Positions 37,776 through 52,200 of a stretch of DNA of 64,000 bases are shown piece by piece. The notes beneath the pieces are model-generated. The model was not told the origin of the DNA and did not search any database. It saw nothing but the letters and a program-made list of their open reading frames with translations. Position 1 is the first letter of the stretch; every line of letters starts with the position of its first letter. A program made the position numbers and the translations under genes. The DNA comes from Octopus sinensis (lineage: Eukaryota). The stretch is from positions 105,524,001 to 105,588,000 of the forward strand of contig NC_042998.1 of NCBI RefSeq assembly GCF_006345805.1, in the 5' to 3' direction.

Positions 37776-40309
37776 TGTATGTATGTATGTATGTATGTAT
37801 GTATGTATACATGCATGTATGTACGTATGTTTGTATGTATGTACATATATATACCTATATACATATACACACAAACACCCACACATTTATTTATTGAGGT
37901 ACTTGTATTATATATACACACTTGAACCTATATTCCATATATAAATGTTTATATACTTCAATTGGAAGCAGAAATGCGAGAGATGTTAGTACACGCCTCT
38001 TGAGATTTAAACTTGGCAACTGTGCTTTTTTTTTTCTCTTATTTTTTTTAGTAAAAATAAAATTTGAAGAGTTTTCAAATACAATTTCAAGATTATCACT
38101 AAAATGCTATTGTTTGTTCTGTTGTTGCTAAAAGTTTATATGTGTATATGTGTTTTTTAATCTATATTTTCTCTGCTTACATTTTGTAAGTTTCTTTTTT
38201 CTTTTTATTTCTTCTTTTTTTTTGTTTTATTTATTTTTTATTTTTGCCTTTGTTTCCTATAAGAATATCAACAATCTATTTCTATTTTATAGCACAAGGA
38301 AAAACAGCAGCCATTTTGGTTTACAATTACCATTTTTTTTCCTTTTCTTTGTTTTTTACATAAATACGTTTCTTATTTTGTTCAACCACTTCTTCTGTCT
38401 ACTCACCTTCACTCTCTTTATTCTGCGTTCTTTTTTCTTCTTTCTTTCCCTTTCTGTCTAAATATTTATCTATTCCATTTATTCTCTCCTTTTCTTTTCT
38501 CTTACTTCACTTCCTCTCTGTGATCTTCTTTGGTTTTGATTTTCTCTCAGCTTTAGGCTTTTTATATTGACCACTGCTCAGTTTTATTTCTCTCCCTACC
38601 TCTCTTCACTCTCTCATTTACTTAATCCTTCTTCATGAAAAGTGTTATACCTATCACTGCTTATTCTCACTTCCTTCTTTTTCCTCTCTTTCTCTTCTTC
38701 CCTCCACCATTATTACCTCAGTAAAATATACTCACACATAACATTCACCTGTTTGTAAACTATTTTCAAGTGTATATTTTATATTTCCATCATTCTTATT
38801 ACAGTATCAACTATTCATGCCGTGTAAAAACAACCTTGTACAGCTTATAAAACTTTTGCAATTTCAGCTAATGAAGACATTATTACCTGCTAGTGCATAT
38901 TTGACTGGCATAAATAAATATGTTGCTCACAGCATTATTTTCAGAGTGTACCAGCTGTAGATTTAATCCCTCTCTATTGATCACCTAGTAGAATACAGCA
39001 ATGTGGAAGTTTTATAAAGCAAATGCTCTCATTCTACTATCAAATTAAAATGCAGATACCCAGGCACAAGAAAAAAAGCTAGGCTCAACATCCCTAGCAT
39101 AAGGAAATCTGGCTTCAGTCTAATTCTATAGTATTTAAACTAGCCATAGCTGGCTCAAACATTCCTCCTGTTTTATGTTTAAACCAACCAGATTTGGCAT
39201 CTCATGCCTACCCTATAATGTCATATTAAAAATAAACAATCACATCAACAAAATCTTAAACCTGTGATTAATTCAAAATAATGTGAATAAATAAGCATTA
39301 CATTTGACAGAGTGATCTTTATGTTAAATGGATAAAAACTCCTAAATTCTATTTTCAATATCTTCCATGATCATACCAAAAATTTTATGTGAACTGCTCT
39401 ATTTTAATTTCAATATATAGAATGATGTTACTCTTATATCATTAACTGAGTCCAGTTGATTTTCTTAATGTAAGTTTCATCTTTCTCTCTCTACTCCTCC
39501 AACACAAATCACATCTCCCCCACACACACACATACACACATCACCTTGATGTTTACATATTTCTTTCATTATTGCATTCATCACACAATTGATGGTTAAG
39601 GCTAAGAGACTCTGAGATAGCTGGTCTACAAACCTACCATTCAGACTACAAAAGACCATTGACCTAGTTATACCTAGAAAATTGAACACATTTATTGTTA
39701 TATATTTCATACCCTGAAAGAAGGTCACATATTGATAAATAACAAAAACAAAACATTCACATATCCATCAATAAAGTTTTTTTAGTGACAGTCATCTGCC
39801 TTAGCACAATTTTTAATAGAATTAATACACTCTCAGTATTTAAGAACAACTTTCTGAAATATATGGCTTCAAATTTTGGCAGAAATCAGGCAATTTCAGG
39901 TTAGGGCATGAGTCCTAACATTGACCACAGCCTTGGTAGAATTCAAGCACAGAATGTAAAGGCAGACAAAATGCCAGTAAGTATTTTGCTGAGCATCCTA
40001 ACAATTTGGCCAGCTGGCACTTTACATAAGGCTATAAATAATAAAAATGTGTAAATATTAGTTTAAAAAACTCTTTGAATGGAAAAAGTTAAAGGTTGCT
40101 AATAGAACTCAATCTCACATATTCTATATACATGAGAGACATTCTACCATTATATCAAAGCAATCCTTCAAATTCTTCCACTTGCCCCAAATTGCATACT
40201 GAGAGATTGAACCCAACCAAACAGCCATGCTTCCACTTTTAAGACACATATCTTCATGTGTGTGTGTGTGTGTGAATCCATATTATCCTCATTTAATATC
40301 CATTGTCCA

Positions 40310-40730
40310 TACTTATTTCTTTATTGCCCACAAGGGGCTAAACATAGAGGGGACAAATAAGGACTGACAAAGGGATTAAGTCGATTACATTGACCTCAGT
40401 GCGCAACTGGTATTTACTTTATTGACCCCAAAAGAATGAAAGGCAAGGTCGACCTCAGCAGAATTTGAACTCAGAACATAACAGCAGACAAAATACCTAT
40501 TTCTTTACTACCCACAAGGGGCTAAACATAGAATGGACAAACCAAGACAGACAAAGGGATGAAGTCGATTGCATCAACCCCAGTGCATAACTGGTACTTA
40601 ATTTATCGACCCTGAAAGGATGAAAGGCAAAGTCGATCTCAGTGGAATTTGAACTCACAACATAATGGCAGATGAAATACTGGTAAGCATTTCGCCCGGC
40701 ATGCTAACATTTCTGTCAGCTTGCTGCCTT
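40310..40730 (-). mobile_element. Dimeric SINE family A
   Basis: Two core+tail units joined at AAATACCTATTTCTTTACTACCCAC. Confidence 0.85.
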
Positions 40731-40904
40731 TGCCTATACTGGCATGGATAGTCTATCTTAATGTATCTTAAATCATGAAACAACTAGTAGCTCTTTTGTA
40801 ATTGTATATATTAAATGATAGATAGATAGATAGATAGATATGATATATTTATATGTATGCGTGCATGTATGTATGTATGTATGTTTGTATGTATGTATGT
40901 AGGC

Positions 40905-41425
40905 ATTCTTTTATTCTTTTAATTGTTTCAGTCATTTGACTGTGGCCATGCTGGAGCACCGCCTTTAGTTGAGCAAATCAACCCCAGGACTTATTCTTTT
41001 TAAGCCTAGTACTTATTCTATCGGTCACTTTTGCCAAACCACTAAGTTACAAAAACGTAAACAAACCAGCATCAGTTGTCAAGTGATGTTGGGGTGACAA
41101 AATCAGACACACAAACATATACACACATACACACACATACACACGCATATATATATATGATGGGTTTCATTCAGTTTCCGTTTATCAAATCCACTCACAA
41201 AGCTTTGGTTGGCCAAAGGCTATAGTAGAAGACACTTGCTCAAGGTGTCACACAGTGGTACTGAACACGAAACTATGTGGTTGGTAAGCAAGCTAACTAC
41301 CACACAGCCACTCCTGCACCCCATAGACACTCCTATGCCTCAGAACCACTTCTGTGCCTCACAGCCACTCCTGCATCTCAAAGCCACTCCTGCACCTCAC
41401 ATCTACTCCTGTGCCTCACAGCCAC
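40905..41425 (-). mobile_element. SINE family B with 5'-terminal 19-mer repeated ~6.5 times
   Basis: Full tail, microsatellite and head; tandem CACAGCCACTCCTGYRCCT at 41303-41425. Confidence 0.88.
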
Positions 41426-41427
41426 AA

Positions 41428-42205
41428 GTCATTGTTCAGTCTTATTTTAAGTTTTCTTGCCAATAGAGAAAGATCTGGTTTCTAACCTAGATCCAAGACT
41501 CCTTCATTGGAATTTCAACATCAAGGTATTTTTGCATGTATGTGTGTATATATGCAGTATTTAGAGTTAATCCATGTACAGATTTGTATGTTTTGTTTTA
41601 TGCATGTATTCTTATGCATATTGTTGCATGTCTAGACATGCACGTGTATATGTAAATGATAAATTTCTGGAAGGTTTTACAGAGTTTTAGTTCCAGTGAT
41701 GGCATGGATCTGCAGTCTTCGAAACAGGTTTCTTCTTTCTGGTTTTGAGAAGACTAATTTCTCAAAATCAGTACTTAGGCAGTGTGTTATGTATCCCAAT
41801 GCCCTAATAATTGCAGGTATAAACCTGAACCTGTAATCTGGGTAGAATAACTGTAGATTTCTCAATAGTTCAGTATAGGTGTTTTCTTTATCACTGATCT
41901 TTAGCCTTATGCTAACATCCTCTGGGCAGCTGATTTCCACAGCTGTACACAGTTTCTCTTCTCCATCCATTTTATTGAGTTTTACAGGGGCATATCCACC
42001 TGTATGCCTTCTTATTATGAGTTGCTATGGCCATACTGTGGGTTCTTATTTCCTTGGCCTCAGGGTAATCCTTCAGATGGATTTCATTATACAGTATCTG
42101 GGATATAATATCATGTCTTGACAGATAATACCATGGTGACACTTTTGGACAACTGCTTCTGATGTAGGTGATATCTACAGTGTTAGTTCCACAAAGTCTG
42201 CACCA
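41428..42205 (-). mobile_element. Second RLE-type non-LTR family: degenerate C-terminus and 3'UTR
   Basis: CRLCGTN...SSCPKV...RHD; EEKLCTAVEISCP...KEN.Y.ELLRNLQ...PAIIRALG. Confidence 0.75.
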
Positions 42206-42334
42206 GTAATTACATTGTTGTGTTTTCCTTGTATCTCTGTCTATTTTTGTGTATCAGGTATTAGGTTGATATTTTCTATATGTATGTATGTATATCATTA
42301 CTCAGTTTATTTACTCTCTCTTTTCCTCTTTTAC

Positions 42335-42810
42335 AAGTTTCACTCATTTGACTGCAGCCATGCTGGAGCACTGCCTTTAGTCGAGCAAATCAACTCCAGT
42401 ACTTATTCTTTGTAAGCCTAGTACTTATTCTATCAGTCTCTTTTGCCGAACTGCTAAGTTATGGGGATGAAAACACACCAGCATCGGTTGTCAAGCGATG
42501 TTGGTGGGGACAAACACAGACACACAAACACATATATATGATGGACTTCTTTCATTTTCGTCTACCAAATCCACTCACAAGGCTTTGGTTGGCCTGATGC
42601 TATAGTAGAAGACACTTGCCCAAGGTTCCACACAGTTGGACTGAACCCAGAACCATGTGGTTGGTAAGCAAGCTACATACCACACAGCCACTCCTGCTCC
42701 TACTTCAAGATTTCTTGCCAATAGAGAAAGAACCGTTTTCTAACCTAGATCCGAGGCTCCTTCATTGGAACTTCAACATCATCAACAACAGGGTATTTTT
42801 GCTTGCTTGT
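42335..42810 (-). mobile_element. SINE family B (42335-42702) abutting a 3'UTR piece of the second RLE family (42703-42810)
   Basis: TTCTTGCCAATAGAGAAAGA...CTAACCTAGATCC matches 41455-41520. Confidence 0.8.
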
Positions 42811-43009
42811 ATGTATGTATGTATGTATGTATGTATGTATGTATGTATGTATGTATGTATGTATGTATTGTGTATGTATGCATGTATGTATTTAATTGTG
42901 TGAGTGTGAGAATACTTCTGCTTCTTTGTCTTGACATTGCATGGTTGTTATAAATGTCATTCATTTCCAATATTCTACAGAAATATATCTTGCTATGGGA
43001 AAATATCAC

Positions 43010-43124
43010 TTTACTTGGAAACAGGTAAGGATTGGCAGCTAAAAGGGCTTCTGGCTGTAGAAAATCTGCTTCTAAAAACTCCGTCCAGCCTATGCAGGTA
43101 TGGGGAAGTGGACGTTAAAATGAC

Positions 43125-43162
<38 letters not shown>

Positions 43163-43225
43163 TGGTGGTGGTGGTGGTGGTGGTGGTGGATTTGGTTGTG
43201 GTGGTGGTGGTGATGATGATGAGTA
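43010..43225 (+). mobile_element. LINE tail whose (GAT)n grades into (GGT)n
   Basis: GGACGTTAAAATGACGATGATG...GTGGTGGTG. Confidence 0.7.
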
Positions 43226-45823
43226 TATACCAGGATTGTGTGGATGTGTTGGCGTGTGTATATAAATGTCTGAATATCTGTACATTCTCTTTTTCTGCTT
43301 CCTCAATTACATTTTTCATCATTCAGTCATTCGACTTTTTTCTCTTTCATTGTATTTCAATTTCTTTTTTATTCTCCTTTTGCTCCAACTATTCAAACTT
43401 CAATCAATACATGTCCTTTTTTCAAGTGATTTTTAATTGCAGTGGTATGCACTTTTGGTTTGCAGCTGACTAATATTCCATATACATATACACATACAAT
43501 GAGTGTGTGTGTGTGTATGTGTACATATATATGTGTATATAAATATACATACTTATGCATACATATATGCATATGCACAGATATACATATATACATATGC
43601 ATGTGTATACATATGTATGTGTATACATACATACTTATTCATACATGTATGTATATACACATTTATACATATATACATAAATACATATAAATATGTGTGT
43701 GTAAAATAATATATAAATAAACCACTTGCTGGAAACTAGGTCAGAAAAAATGATATACTTCAAAATTGGTTTCTGTCAGTTTGAAAATTATTTATGTTTA
43801 AAATTGTTTCCTCGATAGATTGCTGTCAAATTTTCTCTTTGCAGATCATTCTCTTTGAAATACAATTCTTAACAATTTTCACTCTGAATTTTATCCCAGT
43901 CTTTCTCAGTTAATTTGTTTGTATTGTTGTAAAGGATGTAAAGGTTATATGGTCATATTTGATCTTGTCTGATATTGGTTTTTATACATTTTTCTGTTTC
44001 CATTCTCATTCTTGTTGGCTTTTGTATTTTCACTGACTTTGTCTGAAGTAGAAGTACATTTTCAGTAACGCCTCTTTTCCAGAGTTCTCTGAACTGAAGG
44101 TGGAATGGAGGAAGTTATCCTCAGATCTGATAACTGGTCTAAATGCTTGCAACAGAGAGGACATTATCTTTAAGCAACAGACTGTGGTGCAAAACTAGGC
44201 AAAAGATTTACTCTACTACCAAGAATTGGAACTGTCTTTCACACAGTCTTTCACATAATTTCTGTTCATTATATTCCCTTTACAAATTTTTGCAAAGCTT
44301 ATGTCACTCACTTTTAAAGTTTCAACTTAATTAATAACAAATAACATCGACTTGACATATTGAATACTTGTATGAAGAGAAAGGATGTAGACAATATATG
44401 ATGTTAGTATAGTTATAATTATTCAGTTTATTCAGCCATCTTCAGCTTTAAGAATGCTTCATCTGTCAGACATCTATGCAGAACTATGAAAAGAAGCAAT
44501 GTTGAGATCTCACTGAATTAGTTGGTTAATACAGTCTATGAGAGTCACACACAGATAATAATAATTCACAACTGAAGAATAACCTTATACTGCAAGAGAG
44601 AAAAGCATTCTGTAAGGAGTCAACTCTGTAAAGACTCTATTCAGCAAGGAGTCTACTTCGTAAGGTTGTTGACATTAGGAAAGGCATCCAGCCATAAAAA
44701 CCATGCCAAAACAGACAGTGAAGCTTGGTGCAGCCTTCTGGCTTACCAGATTCTGTCAAACCATCCAACACATGCTAGCATGGACAATGGATGTTAAATG
44801 ATAATGATGATGATGATGATATGCATCTCATATTCTAGGTACCCAACTGCAATAGCTGACATCATTCCACCTATTTATTGCTGAGATTTTGCTTTCTCAA
44901 GACAGGTTTATCAGCTGACTTTTATTTCACATGAAGATAATCCAGAAAGGTACACTGAGTTCTAGTCAACTACTTCAGAAGAAAAGTCAATCTGTATATA
45001 CACTGCTTGAGGACCCAAGAACAAAGAAAATTGCACCCTAGTAACATATTTTATCAGGAGACTTGGAGAACAGGGTATGTCCCTTTCAGCATAATCTGCA
45101 GTATATTTGACAAGACTCTCCAAATTAGAAAACTATTCATACTGAAATAGCCAACTATATTCCTTAACAAGAAGACAATTTTACACTACTGTTATCAATG
45201 GGATTCCTTATTCTTTCATCACTGTTTCCTAATTTTACTGGAATTTCTAATGAAAGAAAAGAAGAACCCTATAATCTATGATGAGACAGTTGTCCCTAAT
45301 TCAGCAGTTGTCTAATAAAACCTAACAATGTCTAGAATATCTAACAGTCATCTGACTACTGGATCCATCATGAGACCAGAACTGACAAATAAGAAGAAAC
45401 TTTGTATGTTGTCCAATGATGCTGCAATACAATAGGTTCACCAACAATAGAAATCTTCATTTGGTGCTTTTGTCAACAACGTCTATTCCTTGGTATTATA
45501 TCTTTTTGTGGAAAATAACTTATTGCATTATCCTCTGTTTTTAATTCTCCACTTGGCTGTTCATTGTGGTTTTCAATATCTTGCTTCTTCCCATTGGGCC
45601 AAATTTGTTTCATTTCAATCCAGGCTCATAATGCTTCAATACATTATTATAGGTATATATGGCAATTCTGACCTCCTGTATGTTGGAAATCTGACTGATT
45701 GAAATTAAAAATAAAATTTCAATTTTTAGAGATTCAAGACATTTTTCAAAGTTTTCCAAACGTGGTTTTGATTTCCAGTAATTAATAATAAATACTCATC
45801 TGAGATGGGAAAGATTGCTTTAC

Positions 45824-45860
<37 letters not shown>

Positions 45861-45862
<2 letters not shown>

Positions 45863-46227
45863 TGATGTATCAATGCCAGTAGATGACAACATTTCTCTAA
45901 AAGAAATGGAGAAACTTTCAAAATACAAAGACCTGGTAATAGAGGTAACTCGAATGTGGACTCTAAAAACAGAAACAGTTCCTATCATAGTAGATGCATT
46001 AGGTATGATAAAAAAATATTCAGACAAATGCATAACAAAAACACCAGGACTAACAAATATATATAACCTACAGAAAATTGCACTACTAAGCATGGCACAC
46101 ATCCTACGCAAAACACTTTCAATACAGTAACCATAAGAGCATCACAACAAACCACAGCACATACCCAAGGCACACAGAGCTGCGCTCGGTAGTGAAGTGA
46201 AAGCATGGTATAAAAATAAAACTACTG
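45861..46227 (+). mobile_element. Third R4/Dong copy (3' 367 bp) in (TAA)n
   Basis: IDVSMPVDDNISLKEMEKLSKYKDL...LRKTLSIQ*; 3'UTR matches 3219-3315; TAA runs on both sides. Confidence 0.93.
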
Positions 46228-46974
46228 AATAATAATAATAACAACAACACCAACAATGACAGAAAGGACAATAATGATGATGATGACAATGATGACAATG
46301 ACAATGATGATGATGATGATGAGAATGACAATGATGATATTATTTAAAAAACTTTTGTGTATGTATATCTTTCATTAATGATGAGACCAACAATTTTATG
46401 TGGAGGCCTATTAAAAATGGAAACTTTCTAAATGATATTAGAATAAACCTCATATACAAAGTGGGTCTCTTTTATTGCATGACTACAGTAAAAATTGTAA
46501 ATGTGGAGGAGAGAATCTGAACAAGAGACTGTTTGAAATGTGATGATACTCTTTACATATGTGAAATTTATACCACTCTATTTATAGCCTATATAATTCA
46601 AACAAACTGAGCCACTTGCAAAAGTGTCATAAGGAATATAATATTCACTAGTAGTCGAATATGACATTTAAAATTCTACAAGAAAGATTCTGTACCAGAA
46701 GTCAGTGGAAGATTTTTGAATGGAATTAAATTACGAAAGAGAATCCAGCAATGAATGTTTGATTCTGCATTTAATATTGTTTCTCTCTTCTACATTTCTT
46801 TTTCTTTTCTCTGTCCTTTCATTTTGCTCTTCTACTCATAGTTTATAAAACCTAAAGAAGTCTATATTTAATTTTAAAATTCAAAATTTCAGAATTTTGT
46901 AATTGCTATTTTTAATTCCTAAAACATATTTTAAATTTTTAACAAAAATTTCTTTAGTGCAAATCTAAAGGCCA

Positions 46975-49290
46975 TTATTCTTTTTTACTGTAGGCACAAG
47001 GCCTGAAACTTTTGGGGAGGGGGCCAGTCGATTAGATCGGCCCCAGTACGTAACTGGTACTTAATTTATCAACCCTAAAAGGATGAAAGGCAAAGTTGAC
47101 CCTGGCAGAATTTGAATTCAAAATGTAAAGACAGATGAAATACCTATTTCTTTACTACCCACAAGGGGCTAAACACAGAGGGGACAAACAAGGATAGACA
47201 AACGGATTAAGTCGATTACATCGACCCCAGTGCATAACTGGTACTTAATTTATCGACACCGAAAGGATGAAAAGCAAAGTCAACCTTGGCAGAATTTGAA
47301 CTCAGAACATAAAGGCAGACAAAATACCGCTAAGCATTTCGGCTGGCATGCAAACGTTTCTGCTAGCTCACCACTTACTAAAGGCCATTATTATCATATG
47401 TAAAATAAAATGCTTTGTGGCATTCCTTCAGGCTTTATGTTTTGAGTTCAAATTCTGCCAGGATCAGCTTTGCCATTAATCATTTCAGTCAATAAAATTA
47501 GAACCAATTGAGTGCTGAAGTTGTTATAACTATCTCCCTTCCCCACAAATTTCAGGCCTTGAGTCTATAACAGACTCTGTTATAACTCTACCTGTCATGC
47601 TCTAATTAAGCACACATGTTATGCTCTATTGGCCTGTTTATTCTTTTATTTTTCATTTGCCTTTACTTTCTGAGTTCAAATTCTGTCAAAGTCGGCTTTG
47701 CCTTTCATCCTTTCAGGATCGATAAATTAAGTATCAGTTGCTGATAGGGGTCAATCACACCAACTGGCCCTCTCCCCCAAAATTTTGGGCTTTGTGCCTA
47801 GAGTAGAAAAGAATACTATTTAAAGGTGGCGAGCTGGCAGAAATGCTAGCACACTAAGCAAAATGCTTAGTGGTATTTCATCTGTCTTTACATTCTGAGT
47901 TCAAATTCTGCTGAGGTTGACTTTGTCTTTCATCCTTTTGGGGTCGATAAATTAAGTACCAGTTGTGTACTGGAGTCAGTCTAATCGACTGGCCCCTCTC
48001 CAAAAATTTCGAGCATTGTAACTTGAGTAGAAAAGATTCTTTTATTTGTTTAAGTTATTTGACTGCAGCCATGCTCGAGCACCACCTTTAGTCGAACAAA
48101 TCAACCCCAGAACTTATTCTTTGTAAGCTTAGTACTTATTCTATCTGTCTCTTTTGCCGAAAACCACTAAGTTACAGGAATGTAAAGATACTAACATTGG
48201 CTGTCAAGCAATAGTGAGGGGTAGGGGACAAACACAAACACAAACACAAATATATTTTTTATTTGTTTTATTTCTTATTTCATCTAGTTTCAGCTCACTG
48301 CCATTTGGTGTTGCTACATAATTTTACTTCATGAATGCTTTTTAGCTATTGACATTTGGTGCATGAGAGAGTTTGATGCAGCTGCCCTCATCTACACTTC
48401 CTGCTGCAAAGTTGGTTCATCTCGGACACCTTTATTTTGAAAAAAATATATATATACATATATATATATATAAATACATATACAACAGGCTTCTTTTCAG
48501 TTTCTGGCTACCAAATCCATTCACAAGGCTTTGGTCAGCACAAGCCTATAGTATAAGACACTTGTCCAAAGTGCCGTGCAGTGGGACTGAACCCAGAACC
48601 ACACAGCCACTCCTGCTTGATATTGTTGGGGCAGAAAGCTTGTGGAAGCATTAGCACATCAGGTAAAGTGTTCAATGGCATTTTGTTCATCTTCACATTC
48701 TGAGTTCAAATTCCACAGAGGTTGACTTTGCCTTTCATCCTTTCAAGGTCAATAAAATAAGTACCAGTTGAGCACAAGGGTTGATGACTTAACTACTTGA
48801 CTTAACTTCTCAAAACTGCTGACGTTGTGCCAATATTTGAAACCATTATTAAGGTGGTGAACAAGGCGTTCAGCTGATATAATTATCAAGCCAAAAACAA
48901 TGCTTAGCAGTATTTCTTCTGACTTTACGTTCTGAGTTCAAATGTTTCCAAGGACAACTTCATATTTTGTCCTTTCAGGGTCAATAAAACAAGTACCAAT
49001 CAAACACTGGAGTTGATGTAATTGACTAGCCCCCCTCCTCTGAAATTTCTGGCTTTGTTCCAAAATTTGAAATCATAAATAAGGTGGTAAGCTGGAAGAA
49101 GCATTAACATGAACAAAATACTTCACTGAAATTCTTCCAGCTCTATATTCTGAGTTCAAAATCTGCCAAGATTGACTTTACCTTTTATTGTTATGGGGGT
49201 CAAAAACATAAGTTCCATTTGAGCACTGGGGTGAATGTAACCAACTAGTTCCCTCCTCCAAAATTTGAGGGCTTGTACCTATAATAGAAA
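46975..49290. mobile_element. SINE cluster: family A dimer (-), about six family A copies (+), one family B (-)
   Basis: Repeated GAGTTCAAAT B-boxes at ~47445, 47672, 47898, 48702, 48933, 49152; inverse copies at 46975-47380. Confidence 0.85.
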
Positions 49291-52200
49291 GTTTTATTTC
49301 TAAATACCACCTTCCAGTTGGTTTTCTGCTAGTTATTATTGTTTTATGTATATATGCACATATATATACATATATGTGTGCATGTATACATTTATTAAGA
49401 TATGGCACAAATGACTGTGTGAACAATGACGAAGAGATGAAAAACTGTATTAAATACACATTGGAGAAGTTTATCTTATTTTTTGTAAGCTAAGAATTCT
49501 CTAAATATTTCTCTGAGCTCCACATTCCTTATCTTTGGCCAGTAGTGAAGGTTGGAGCAAACATCGTGCTTACTGTCTATACAGCTTCTTCCATTAAAAA
49601 AAAAACATGGATAAATTTTGAATATAATTTTGAGTTCTGATTGGATGTTGGGGAGGAAGAAATATTATATTTTTGTATTTTGCATGTGAGTGTTTGGGTG
49701 TAAAACATATTTGGCTTTGTTGGTAAAATGTATAAGAATACTGAAAATAAATTCTTTATTTGATAAAAAAAATACGAGTAAAAAATATGTGAAAAAATTT
49801 TAAAATTATAAAAATGTCTTTTTCATATTTGCACTTCAATTCTACCAAAGTTAGAATTGCATTCACATGCATGCACATACACATTCCAACACACATCTAA
49901 ACACGTAGTTTCTTTTACACGGATGGACAGTCAATAAATAACTAAATCCCATTCGAATGTGAAACTGATAGAAAGATGCATATTTTAAAAAAATACATAT
50001 TAAAAAAATTTTTTAAATGGAAGAATAATGTAAGTTGCATTATGGTGATGGAGCAATGAACTGAGTTGGATGGGCAATGGATAAAGATAAGTGGAAATAG
50101 TTGATGTATCTTGAAAAAATGTATAAAATATTTCTTTATCAGATGAAAAATATATCAAATATAAATATATGATAAAAAAATTATAAATTTATAAAAAATA
50201 TAGTATTAAAATAGTGGTGAAAAAAATCAAAATTGATTTTAAAGGAGATTGAAAATGAAATCGATTAAAAAGAATAAAAATAAGGCAAAATAGAATTAAA
50301 ATGATGCAAAGTGAAGTGACTCAAAATAAAGTAAAAGGAATTGGTGTTAAAAGAGCATTGATTTGGTTGGCAAGACTGTACAAAGCAAGAGGGTGTTACT
50401 TGGATAGATGTGCAGAGTAACCAGTAGTAACAACAGTTCTTCTGAAAGAGTTTATGAAAGTTGACAAAGATGGCTGTAATATTTCTCAATAAATATTTTT
50501 TATCCACTTCAAAGCAAACGTTGAGATTATATGTTGAAGTGGCTTGTAGTGAACCAAAGCATATTTAGGTATGTATTTCATGAATTTAATCCTTGTGATC
50601 TGAAATTGAAGTTGTTGGAATTTTTTTGCAAGACAAGTGTTTTCTCATTTACACAAAAGATTGCATTTGAGCCTAAGTGAGACTCTTTTATTATAAAATG
50701 GCTGTGCACAGCTTACGATACCATCAGCAATTTGGAAATGTAGCAGTCTTCTCTTAAATTGTGTGTGTGTATGTGTGTGCGTGTTATCCAAATATCATCT
50801 TGTAAAGCAAATGGACACATCATAAGCAATGTTTCTTGAAGTCAGAAACACTCACTCAGGTGACCCAACCAGGGCTGATCAAGCCCCATCTATTTTCAGT
50901 TTGTTCTAACCCTTTCAGAGTTCCCATCTGACACATAGCCACCTTAACACACAACCTCTACTGGCTCCAGAGCCAACTTGGTGGCCTTCTGTGCTGACTG
51001 GCCCCTGTGATACTCAGTGTGTTGCAAGCTCTGCAGCTTTATATACATGCATACACATACATATATATATATATATAATTTGAACAGCAGCAGTTTACAA
51101 TGTTTCACCAAAAAGAAGAATTATAAATGTCACAACATGTGACTATGCTGTTAGAAAACACCTACATTGTAAAAAATAAGAGCCAATACTGATGTGTCAG
51201 TATTAAGAATTCTCGATCAGCACTTTTCAAATGATTATGGTGCATGTTAGTGTATATCTTTTCATTCATGTGCATTAACAACAGCATTAGAGCATTTTAG
51301 CTCTTATTTCTAGCAATGTAGGTGTTTTCTAACATCCTAGTCACGTTTAATGATGTGTGTGTGTGCACGTGTGCATGTGTGTATGTGTGTGCATGCATGT
51401 GTGTGTGTGTGTAAAGCTCTGCAGCTTTACATGTATGTATGTATGTATGTATGTATGTATGTATGTTGTATTAGCTCAGAAGCAACATTAAGAGTGTAGT
51501 TATAAAAATCTCTTTTAAATGCTCAAAGGTCTCCAATAGTACTTGGTTGCTTCCATTAGCCAGGTAATCTATTTATCATTGATGGAGGATGTTCTAAATG
51601 CATAATAGCAAGAATAACAGCAGGGTGGAAAAGTGTTTTTCATGCTATCATCTCTACAGGCACCAACAGTGCTCTCTCTCCAAATGAAGAGCAATTGAGT
51701 GAAATGTGACACGGCATGAAACTGAAACAAGCACCAAATATTTGTTTCAAAACATAGATGTTGTGCAAAAGTTTGGTGAAAATAAAGTAATTGTCATCCA
51801 TTGATGCTTGTATGATGGAGCAAAGGAGAATTAGAAAGAAAAAATTAGAAAATGATTAATAAAATATTGAATATAAAAAGGGATGACTAATTTGATATGG
51901 AGAATAACAGTTGGGCAAAGAACTGCTAAGCTAACCAAGTGGAAAGGATTTGTAGAAGAGAGAGATCAATGTAGACATAAGAAGAGGTGATAGATGATCT
52001 CAGGAGGCTGAATATGTTGAAAAAGATAACAAATTCGATAAAACCTATTGAGGCATTGTACTGGTGAAGGTCCATAACCAATGCAAGCAGAGTAAACAGG
52101 ACCAAAGATGAGAAGGAGCAAAGACAGAAGATAAACAAACATATACAATCATATGTATGTGCTGGCACTTAAATTAAAGAATCTAAATCTGTAAGATGAA

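Noticed and set aside
41303-41425. Regularly spaced repeats (also 35790-35985) as a CRISPR array
   Set aside because: Eukaryotic context, contiguous units without unique spacers, derived from SINE or LINE sequence.
44070-44200. Open frames with splice-like sites (also ~14829-14867, ~18095-18215, ~50519-50566, ~53540-53595)
   Set aside because: Short, often open in several frames, no recognisable homology; expected by chance in 64 kb.
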